A DNA stretch of 64,000 nt, from assembly GCA_027315405.1 (NCBI GenBank), contig DAHUYB010000035.1, positions 2,710 to 66,709 of the forward strand, written 5' to 3'. The translations under genes and the position numbers were made by a program. The DNA is from Gammaproteobacteria bacterium. GTDB taxonomy: Bacteria; Pseudomonadota; Gammaproteobacteria; Natronospirales; REEB76. Of this stretch, positions 57,701 through 64,000 are shown piece by piece. Position 1 is the stretch's first letter. The number at the start of each line of letters is the position of its first letter. Under the pieces are notes generated by a model. It saw nothing but the letters and a program-made list of their open reading frames with translations. It searched no databases and was not told where the DNA came from.

Positions 57701-57855
57701 CCGCTGACCGCCAGCGCGCGGCCGGAGCGGAACGGGCCGAGCATGCGCCACTGCAGGCTCGAATATAGGGCCGGGTTCAAGGGCGCCGCCTGGGCAGGGG
57801 CGTTGAACAGGCATAAGGTCAACAGCGACAACAACAACCAGGCACGCACGCTCAT
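54727..57855 (-). CDS. secreted BNR/Sortilin-Vps10-repeat protein (1042 aa), usually annotated as glycosyl hydrolase
   Basis: Signal peptide ...NAPAQA. Many S-x-D-x-G-x-T-W repeats (SSDGGRTW, SHDAGDHW, SSDGGVNW, SSDGGKTF, TTDGGRHW, HNGGKSW). Helical C-terminus. Confidence 0.75.
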   Translation of the reverse strand: MSVRAWLLLSLLTLCLFNAPAQAAPLNPALYSSLQWRMLGPFRSGRALAVSGVPGEPNHFYFGAVDGGVWETHNAGRTWAPIFDQQPVGSIGALAVAPSDPKVIYVGSGEADMRSDIGYGNGMYKSTDSGRHWTHIGLTDSQQIGAVLVDPKNADTVYVAALGHAYGANAERGVFKSSDGGRTWKKVLYKNDNTGAIDLAFGGNDQTLFAALWQTRRPPWNVYPPSKGPGSGLYVSHDAGDHWTQISGRGFPDEGVGRIGVAVAPSNPQIVYALVDADQGGLYKSSDGGVNWTRVSNDQRIWQRGWYFSGVTVDPKNPDIVYVCDTVIYKSSDGGKTFLPLKGDPTGDDYHSLWIDPDNSAHMIAGSDQGVIVSLDDGKTWSSWYNQPIAQIYHVTTDNRFPYWVYGAQQDSGAAALPSRTNTTDGIGMMQFREITAGGESGYLAVDPRNFNYVYGSDYGGGVDRLDIATGQTQSVGPTLAYPGLYRSVWTMPLAFSPADTHALYFANQKMFRTTDGGRHWSIISPDLSRPNPGVPSNLDAVTAVDASVKTPRRGVIYSIAPSPLKADLIWAGTDDGLVWVTHDTGKHWLNVTPPPLTPWSKVASIEAGHFNAATAYLAVDRHRLNDYQPYIYVTHNGGKSWKLRVSGIPDGSFVNVVREDPTKPGLLYAGTERGIYVSFDDGTHWQSLQQNLPVTSVRDIDVHDGDLVIATHGRGFWIMDDVAPLRQLTAKVAQASAWLFKPAPAYRVLPAGFTGTPLPVDEPHAKNPPLGAYIDYYLKSPAYTPVTLDIYDMLGNPVQHFSSDTPAETINLSKINSTPDWVTRPTPLSAGVGVHRFVWDLRYALPSALKSHGQAGGGLWVVPGKYTLKLSVNGKSYSQPLTVLEDPRVKIFTISLRHQLEFAQQIESARVQVAEASHSIESLLAQLQALHGLKGALAEQAAALTRKLGTIGGVAPANPDDSVGVPPVNLENLNYFGGALANLEQAVESADAAPTPDARTGFKRQQKLLAPVMHQWRQLQLRDLPQFNAALQNAGRAPLKQ

Positions 57856-57977
57856 GGAGTTCTCCGGATTCTTGTGGGTGACGCGAGTTTGGGACCGATG
57901 AGACGGGCATAAGTTTTACACGTTTGGCGCCGACTTGCGCGCCGTGGCCAAAGTTTCGCCAGCGGCTGACGGCGCCC

Positions 57978-58015
57978 TTGACATCCTTACAATATTTCTA
58001 GAATACTGGAAATAT
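57978..58015 (+). promoter_or_regulatory. putative arsR promoter and operator
   Basis: TTGACA (57978-57983), N15, TAGAAT (57999-58004). Inverted repeat ATATTTC-N10-GAAATAT (57992-58015) spans the -10 hexamer and the arsR ATG. Confidence 0.4.
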
Positions 58016-58385
58016 GGAAACAAAAACCGCACGGCTGGCACTCACCGGCCTGGCTCATGACACCCGCCTGGCGATTTTCCGTCTGCTGGTGCCGGCCGGC
58101 CCGGAAGGCCTGCCAGCCGGTGAACTGGGTGATCAGCTGCACCTGGCAGCGGCCACGCTTTCCTTCCATCTCAAGGAATTGCGGCACGCGGGCCTCGTCA
58201 GTCAGCAGCGCGCCGGACGCAGCATTTTTTACGCCGCCGATTACACCGCCATGAACGGCCTGATCGCCTACCTCACCGAAAATTGCTGCCAGGGCGTTGC
58301 CTGCACTCCGGCGGCCCCGGCCGCCGCCAGATACGCAAAAAATTCCCGCGCCGTGCGCCACCGCAAAAGCCGCGGCCAGACCTGA
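58014..58385 (+). CDS. arsR: ArsR/SmtB-family metalloregulator
   Basis: LAHDTRLAIFRLL...LSFHLKELRHAGLV is the winged-helix core. The C-terminal CCQGVAC cysteine cluster resembles the As(III) site of C-terminal-type ArsR proteins. Confidence 0.75.
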   Translation: METKTARLALTGLAHDTRLAIFRLLVPAGPEGLPAGELGDQLHLAAATLSFHLKELRHAGLVSQQRAGRSIFYAADYTAMNGLIAYLTENCCQGVACTPAAPAAARYAKNSRAVRHRKSRGQT

Positions 58386-58429
58386 ACCGAAGTTCCGTAT
58401 CCGTACGGTCTTACCCAAGGAGAACTGCC

Positions 58430-58885
58430 ATAAATCGTCTGCATGTCCATGTCGCCGTGCGCGACCTCGACGAATCCGTCCGCTATTATTCGACGCTTTT
58501 CGGCGCGCAACCGCTGGTGCGCCAGCAGGATTACGCCAAATGGATGCTGGAAGATCCACGCGTAAACTTCGCCATCTCGGCCCGCGGCCGGACTCCGGGG
58601 GTGGCCCATCTGGGCATCCAAGTGGAACAGCCCGCGGAATTGGCTGCGATCACCGCGCGCCTACGCGGCGCCGAACGGGAATTGTGCCAGGAAAGCGACG
58701 CCCACTGCTGCTATGCGCGCTCCGACAAGACCTGGAGCACCGATCCTTCCGGCATCCGCTGGGAGAGCTTCCACACCCATGGTGAGATCACCAGTTACGA
58801 CCACGCGGCCTCTAGCCACAAACCCATGGGCGGCGGTGGGAACGCTGCTGCTGCTCCAGAATCCACTACCTGTTGTGGCGGTTGA
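58430..58885 (+). CDS. ArsI/CadI-family VOC (glyoxalase-fold) metalloenzyme
   Basis: LHVHVAVRDLDESVRYYSTLFG, VAHLGIQV, the vicinal-Cys motif AHCCYARSDKTW and WESFHT. No ATG/GTG/TTG start near the SD AAGGAGA (58418-58424); ATA 58430 or CTG 58439 are the candidates. Confidence 0.65.
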   Translation: MNRLHVHVAVRDLDESVRYYSTLFGAQPLVRQQDYAKWMLEDPRVNFAISARGRTPGVAHLGIQVEQPAELAAITARLRGAERELCQESDAHCCYARSDKTWSTDPSGIRWESFHTHGEITSYDHAASSHKPMGGGGNAAAAPESTTCCGG

Positions 58886-58950
58886 AAACTCAGTACGGGA
58901 ATGTCGATTTTTGAGAGCCGCCTCAGGTCAGCCATCAGGTTGGTCGGTTC

Positions 58951-60351
58951 TCACGGAGAAACACATTCGGTTTTTCCGCCCGGTGAATCTGACGGAACGA
59001 TGGTCGCTTCCTGCGGCAACGGTTTCTGAGCCGTCTCCTCGCCCAGCCACACGGACAACAGTGCGCCGAAAATACCGATAATGGCGAAAATCAGCATCAA
59101 CCAAGCCACGCCGATGACATCCTGCACCAGCGGCAACAAGAACACCGCCACCAGCGCTCCCACCCGCGACACGGCGGTGGCCAGGCCGTGGGCGGAGGCG
59201 CGCAGTTCCGTGGGAAAGAGTTCCACCGGAAATATCCAGCAGGTGTTGGCGGGCCCATAACTGATGGCCACCTGCCAGAGCAAGAGTCCGATCACCAGCG
59301 CCGCCAGCGGCGGCGGGCCGTGCAGTGCGAACACCCATACCAGCAACAATCCAATGACCGAACCGACGAAGCCCGATATCTGCGCGCGCAGGCGGCCGAC
59401 GCGCTCGATGCTGATGGCCAACAGGGCGGTGCCGATGATGGCGACGATATCCAACAGCGTGTTGCCGATGACGGATTGCACGTTGCCGTGCAGTCCCAGA
59501 CCCAGGAGCAGCAGCGGTGCATAAATGCCGAAGCTGTAGCCCATGATGTCGAACAGAAACCAAGGCAGAGTGATGAATAACGTACGCCTTATATAGGTGT
59601 GCGAAAACAATTCGGCCCAGGAGGCCAGCGGCGTCTGCCGGCGTTGCTGTTCCGTTGCAATCAAGGCGCTGCGTTCCTTCTCGCCGAGGGACGGCACCAG
59701 TTGCGCAAGTACCGCCACCGCTTGCTGGACGCGTCCGCGCCGCAGATACCAGCGCGGCGATTCCGGCAGATTTTTTCTGAGCCACAGGATGCCGAGTGCG
59801 GGAATCGCGCCGGAAACCAACATGAACCGCCAGGCGTGTTCGCCCAAGGACAGCAGCGTCAGGCCCACCATGCTCGAGACCGCGGCGCCGCCCATCCACA
59901 ACGCGAACACCCACACGGTAATGCGCCCGCGGCGCGCCCGCGGCAGGAACTCGATCAGATAGGTGGCGGACAACGGGTAATCCGCGCCCACCCCCAAGCC
60001 CAGCACGAAGCGCAGCACCGCCAAGGAAGCGATGTCCCAGGCAAACCCGGAAGCCAGCGCCGCCACCAGGAACGTGGCCATGTCGAGAAGATAAATCGCC
60101 TTGCGGCCGAAGCGGTCGGCCAGCGGCCCGCCCAGCAGGCTTCCGGCAAAGGCGCCGACCAGCGCCGCGCCGCCCAGCAACCCGGTCTGCAATGCGCCCA
60201 GATGCCACTGCCGTTTGAGCAGGATCAGCGCGATGGCGATGATGGAGATGTCATAGCCGTCGAGGAATATTCCCAACCCAGCGGCCCAGGCGGAACGCCG
60301 GTGCAGCTTGCCGATGGCGGCTTCGTCCAGATGATTGGCGACGCTTTGCAT
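58951..60351 (-). CDS. MFS transporter (sugar-porter/metabolite:H+ symporter type)
   Basis: GYDISIIAIALILL, GGPLADRFGRK (the MFS loop 2-3 motif), 12 TM segments. Start set at ATG 60351 (MQSVANHLDE). Confidence 0.8.
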   Translation of the reverse strand: MQSVANHLDEAAIGKLHRRSAWAAGLGIFLDGYDISIIAIALILLKRQWHLGALQTGLLGGAALVGAFAGSLLGGPLADRFGRKAIYLLDMATFLVAALASGFAWDIASLAVLRFVLGLGVGADYPLSATYLIEFLPRARRGRITVWVFALWMGGAAVSSMVGLTLLSLGEHAWRFMLVSGAIPALGILWLRKNLPESPRWYLRRGRVQQAVAVLAQLVPSLGEKERSALIATEQQRRQTPLASWAELFSHTYIRRTLFITLPWFLFDIMGYSFGIYAPLLLLGLGLHGNVQSVIGNTLLDIVAIIGTALLAISIERVGRLRAQISGFVGSVIGLLLVWVFALHGPPPLAALVIGLLLWQVAISYGPANTCWIFPVELFPTELRASAHGLATAVSRVGALVAVFLLPLVQDVIGVAWLMLIFAIIGIFGALLSVWLGEETAQKPLPQEATIVPSDSPGGKTECVSP

Positions 60352-60772
60352 GGGCGGAAAGCCTATCACCATTCCGTGGCACATCATCCGCTGGGGATCA
60401 GCCGGCAGTAGACACTCCTGCGTCATGCGGAATTACGGTTCTTGCACGGCTGAAAACCGCAACGCAGCGCCTCGGTGCGCGTCTCCGCCACGCGCAGGCC
60501 TGAGGCGTCTGGGGACAGGAGCGCTTTGGAGGATCCCGCGCTTGCCGCCATGCGCCGTGACTCCCGGATCGTGATGAGGGATGCAAATTTTGCGGAGCCG
60601 CCGGACGGTTATTCTGCGGCACCTCATGGTTCTTTAATGTTTCCGGCGATGCGCCGCTTACGGCCTGGTGTGGACGTCTGTGTACTACGGCCCTGAGGAT
60701 GCAAATCCATGCATACTATGCGAGCCGCTCAAGCTCCTGGTTGAAGAAAACCACCTGAATAGGGAGATATGC

Positions 60773-61012
60773 ATGCAACGGCGCTATACATTCTTGATGC
60801 TGCTGTCCATATTTATCGTGGCGTGTTCGGTTTACGGCATCTTTATCATCTTCAAGGTCGCCAGTCTGCCGGTCCAAGTCAATATCGTGGACGCGCTGCG
60901 CATGCAGGCCAAAGCAAAACTCGTGGATGCGCTGGTACAGGCGCCCTTAACCTCGCTCGCCGAAGTGCAGGCGCAGGCGCGCACGCTGTTGAATGCCGCA
61001 GCCACGGGTTAG
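60773..61012 (+). CDS. hypothetical single-pass membrane protein (79 aa)
   Basis: GGGAGA precedes ATG 60773. One TM helix (FLMLLSIFIVACSVYGIFIIF) and a helical Ala/Gln-rich tail. Confidence 0.4.
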   Translation: MQRRYTFLMLLSIFIVACSVYGIFIIFKVASLPVQVNIVDALRMQAKAKLVDALVQAPLTSLAEVQAQARTLLNAAATG

Positions 61013-61108
61013 TGTGTCGGGCCGCAAGCTCCATCCGCAGCAAATCGTTAAAGCTGCTCGGCGCCGGGAAGCTATACTTAATACACTGGGGGATCGGGAG
61101 GGATCGCG

Positions 61109-61564
61109 ATGAAAACCCTGATAACGCTGCTGCTATGTGCCTGCATGACGGCCGCCGCCGCGGACCAGGTGTACCGATGGGTGGACAAAGACGGTCACGT
61201 GCATTATTCCCAGACCCCGCCGGCGAGCACCGTGGTGCACGCCGAGAGCGAAGACGTCTCCGCGCCGCCGCCGGACCCCACCGCTGTGCAAAACGCGCAA
61301 AACCTGGTGCAGCAGATGCAGGTGCAGAACCAGCAGGCTCAAGCTGCTCAACAGCAAGCCCAAGCGGAGGCCCAACGACAGGCCCAACAGCAACAGCGCT
61401 GCAACCAGCTAAAGGCGCAGCTGCAAATCCTGGAACAGGTCGGAATCGTGGCAACGGTAGATGCCCAGGGCAACCGGACGTATTTATCCGACGCCCAACA
61501 CGCGCAGCAGGAGCAGCAACTCCAGCAACAGATCAACAAGGAATGCAATTCCGCTGATCACTGA
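61109..61564 (+). CDS. DUF4124-domain protein with Gln-rich coiled-coil
   Basis: Signal peptide, then VYRWVDKDGHVHYSQTPP (the DUF4124 signature) and a QQAQAAQQQAQAEAQRQAQQQQ tract. Confidence 0.7.
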   Translation: MKTLITLLLCACMTAAAADQVYRWVDKDGHVHYSQTPPASTVVHAESEDVSAPPPDPTAVQNAQNLVQQMQVQNQQAQAAQQQAQAEAQRQAQQQQRCNQLKAQLQILEQVGIVATVDAQGNRTYLSDAQHAQQEQQLQQQINKECNSADH

Positions 61565-61969
61565 ACGAAAATGTTGAATCCTGGAAAGGGTGTTTAGGCT
61601 GGCGTAACCGTGCCTGGATCGCATGGCGCAACGCGGCGCGCGCCAGCAGGCGCGTGGAATCGAGGGTCGGCAGCGGCGAGCGCGGCTCCATGTAAGGCAG
61701 CGCCCGATGGATGATGTTATCGGGGCAAATCAAAAAATCCACGCCGCTGTTCGCCAGCTTGTCGGCCGAGGCCAGCATCAGCTTCGCCACCCCGGACCAG
61801 TCGTTGCAGTAGATGCGCTGCATGTAATCGGTCAGCGAATAGGTGTGCAGGGAAACTTCGGGATGCGCATGTGCTCGCCCAGAAATTGAGGGCCTTTCAC
61901 GCAAATGGTCTGCTAGCAGAGCGAGGCGCCTTCAGCGGAGCAGGCGACGATGCCAATGTAGCGGGGCAT
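61533..61969 (-). pseudogene. aspartate/glutamate-racemase-family gene remnant
   Basis: MPRYIGIVACSAEGASLC, then TAG (61913-61915), then QTIC...LGEH, then a frame change near 61866-61872, then AHPEVSLHTYSL...DWSGVAKLML...GVDFLICPDN. The C-terminal half of the fold is missing. Confidence 0.6.
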
Positions 61970-62354
61970 GGACGTTGCGAACGTATTGGCAGCGCTTGGC
62001 CGGGTGTAGTATCAGATAATCTCGCCAAGGTCATGAACATATTCTTGAGTGCAAAAAAATTACTCAATCTAGGCTATCGTGTCCGATAAAGTCCTATTTA
62101 TGGCCCCGGCCACGCTCCCCGGAATTGCAGCTTTCGACCCCACATGGTTATCAAAAGGCTGATGCCAGACTGTGCCGAGACGAGTTACTACATGCGGTCG
62201 GTGTGGAATACCTTGAGGTAAAGCACACTCAGGCATCGGTAAGGATATCCCGGAGCGAAGTGGCGGACGCCGGCGTATTCATGCCCGTCCCTTTGAATGA
62301 CCCAGGCTAGTTATAGACCGGTTAGTTCCATTTTACGAGCCTGGAACTCCGCGG

Positions 62355-63326
62355 CTAGATTCTTCGCGGCTTGAGTGTCAGGAATTCCACACCCTCCACC
62401 TCGCTGGAAGACAGATCGAAGTGCGACAGGGTTTTCTCGCCCAGCAGCAACTGACAACCGGCGCATTCGAGCGCCGGCACGTCTTTTAGAGAGAAGGCTC
62501 CGAGCCGCATGGAATCGATGTTGATCAGATGCGCGCGGATATGCCGGCCGTCGGCGGTGGTCGCCGTCACCGAATTGTGCAGCACCTGGTATCTGGCTTT
62601 CGACTTCTTCAGGAATGCATCGCTCACTGCGGAAACGCTCGCGCCGGTATCCACCATGAAGGCAGTCACGCGCGACTGGCCCAGGATCACCGGCGCGTAA
62701 AAATTTCCGTAGGTCTTGGACAGTCTGAGCTGGGCTTTCTCTTTGAACTGTTTCGGGTCCGCCTGTCGCATGTCCGATTCAATCGCGATGCGCTGACCCG
62801 TGAAATAAGGCTGCTGTCCGATGGCGGCCAGATGCTCGTCGAACGAGGCCAGCAGCGCCAGGGCCTCGAAGTAGCGCTTCTTCTGCACCAGCAGCGTGGC
62901 CAGGTTGCCGCGCGCATCCACCAGGTAAGGCACCACGTCCAGCGTCTTGTAGTACCAGTCGATGGCCTGGTCGGTCTTGCCGAGATTGGCGAGGCTGTTC
63001 GCGTAATAATAAAAGAGATCGTAGGTGCCCTCGCCCAGCGCGATGGCTTTCTGGAATTGCACCACGGCTTGCGCATCTTCACCACGCTGGTTCTGCACGA
63101 TGCCGAGACGGGCGAGCGCGACGCCGTCATTCGGACGCAGCCGCAGGTAGGCCCGCCAGTCCCGTTCGGCGCATTCCAGATCCTGGTTGCGCATGCAGTC
63201 GAGCGCGGATTTCTGCAGCTCGGCCGGTGTCTTCGGAGTTTGTGTACAGCCAAACAGCGCCAATGCAACGAGGGTTACGCGAAGAGCCAGAACGATCAGT
63301 CGCTTTGCATGCAAGCTTGTTGTCAT
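62355..63326 (-). CDS. lipoprotein with TPR repeats and a C-terminal retropepsin-like aspartic protease domain
   Basis: Lipobox ALFGC. TPR-like helices (ARLGIVQNQRGEDAQAVVQFQKAIAL...). FMVDTGASVSAV D-T-G active-site motif. Confidence 0.7.
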   Translation of the reverse strand: MTTSLHAKRLIVLALRVTLVALALFGCTQTPKTPAELQKSALDCMRNQDLECAERDWRAYLRLRPNDGVALARLGIVQNQRGEDAQAVVQFQKAIALGEGTYDLFYYYANSLANLGKTDQAIDWYYKTLDVVPYLVDARGNLATLLVQKKRYFEALALLASFDEHLAAIGQQPYFTGQRIAIESDMRQADPKQFKEKAQLRLSKTYGNFYAPVILGQSRVTAFMVDTGASVSAVSDAFLKKSKARYQVLHNSVTATTADGRHIRAHLINIDSMRLGAFSLKDVPALECAGCQLLLGEKTLSHFDLSSSEVEGVEFLTLKPRRI

Positions 63327-63449
63327 GTGGGCTTCACCCTTTTGTAGACGCGTACTCGCTCATCAAACTGCTGGTTTCAGATACGCCTGCCCCTGGTCAA
63401 ATACAAACCTGGAACCGTAATCTTAGCAATGAATACAATGAATACGCAG

Positions 63450-63806
63450 TCATCCATGTTTCACGCTGACGTACACCCAAGCGTCCAAGCTGGACTTCAG
63501 CTTCACGCACACATGTTTGTAGGCGTCGGTCTCATACTCATCCGCGCCGCGCAGTTCATGCTACGTGATGGCGAACACCACGCCTTCCACTGTGTTCGCC
63601 GGATCGTCGCTGGGCACCAGGATGCGGTGCACTCCCAAACCGCTCTCGGCGATTACTTCCAGATCCGTGATCTGCACGCTGGAAAGTTTGTAGCCGGTGA
63701 CCGTATCCGGCGTGCCTTTGAGCGTGCGGCCGAAATTGGCGCGCTGCACGGCTTCGTCCCGGAGCGTGCCATAGGAAAACAGCCGCTCGCTGCAGGTATC
63801 CGTCAT
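63450..63806 (-). pseudogene. gamma-glutamylcyclotransferase-like (GGACT/AIG2) gene interrupted by an in-frame TAG
   Basis: LFSYGTLRD...VEGVVFAIT, then TAG (63561-63563), then HELRGADEYETDAYKHVCVKLKSSLDAWVYV. Both halves are collinear with the GGCT-like fold. Combined length is 118 codons. Confidence 0.6.
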
Positions 63807-64000
63807 CCAGCAAAACCCTTTTGAACCAGCCAACACAGTACCTCAACGCCCATTTCTTAGCCCCCTCACTCCAACCCTCGGCAACCGCTCCTTGCGTTGC
63901 CGTACCTCCTACCTCCCTGTAGTCATCTCCCACCAAGGGTGAGCGCGCATGCTCCTGGAAACGGCCTCGAAAGCGGACTTTTAAGCGGACTTATAAACCC

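Noticed and set aside
55561-57768. 383-aa and 332-aa plus-strand ORFs opposite the BNR-repeat gene
   Set aside because: Same reasoning: the minus-strand frame shows repeated SxDxGxTW motifs and a signal peptide, while the plus-strand frames are shadow ORFs.
60769-61557. 262-aa ORF spanning the small membrane protein and DUF4124 genes in another frame
   Set aside because: Its composition (Arg/Ala/Gly/Pro) is not protein-like. The two shorter ORFs have an SD, a signal peptide or TM helix, and a known DUF4124 signature.
61970-62354. AT-rich stretch with a 61-aa ORF (62125-62310) that might be a toxin-antitoxin remnant
   Set aside because: No frame on either strand gave a recognisable RelE/HigB/antitoxin motif. 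The ORFs are short and interrupted, so it is left unannotated.
61913-63563. Two in-frame TAG codons as evidence of amber recoding or suppression
   Set aside because: TAG terminates hslV (8205-8207) and xerC (7533-7535) at the expected protein lengths. One of the two TAG-bearing genes also has a frameshift and a truncation. Ordinary nonsense mutations explain both.
1-64000. Search for CRISPR arrays, tRNA/rRNA/tmRNA genes, IS elements, integrons and prophage blocks
   Set aside because: I found no regularly spaced direct repeats, no cloverleaf-like or rRNA-like segments in intergenic regions, and no transposase, phage-integrase or capsid-like translations in any frame.

Overview
High-GC proteobacterial chromosomal segment. 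The gene order looks gammaproteobacterial: dapF-DUF484-xerC-hslVU-DUF971-ubiE/ubiJ/ubiB, lptM-lysA, and polA-engB-cytochrome c4-dsbA. I support about 60 protein genes, mostly housekeeping: ubiquinone biosynthesis, the HslVU protease, lysine biosynthesis, PolA, the TamAB outer-membrane module, peptidases and transporters. I found no rRNA, tRNA, CRISPR array, transposase or prophage. XerC is the only recombinase and sits in its housekeeping context. The unusual content falls into six groups. (1) NRDE and S9-peptidase genes are translationally coupled to tamA-tamB. (2) A LytTR / lipoprotein PQQ-dehydrogenase / TonB-dependent-receptor cluster has an ATGA overlap between the last two genes. (3) A structured, terminator-capped spacer 3' of polA is a candidate sRNA. 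(4) Tandem DsbA paralogues occur, one with SPQC in place of CPHC. (5) A vapBC module plus a gene fragment lie between lysA and polA, and a ~1 kb low-GC islet after tamB carries a frameshifted ORF. (6) Gene decay is confined to accessory genes: a doubly frameshifted secreted protein, a racemase remnant, and a GGCT-like gene with an in-frame TAG. I did not find a clear-cut novel multi-gene system. The items above are leads, ranked honestly. All homology calls rest on motifs I read in the translations, not on database searches.
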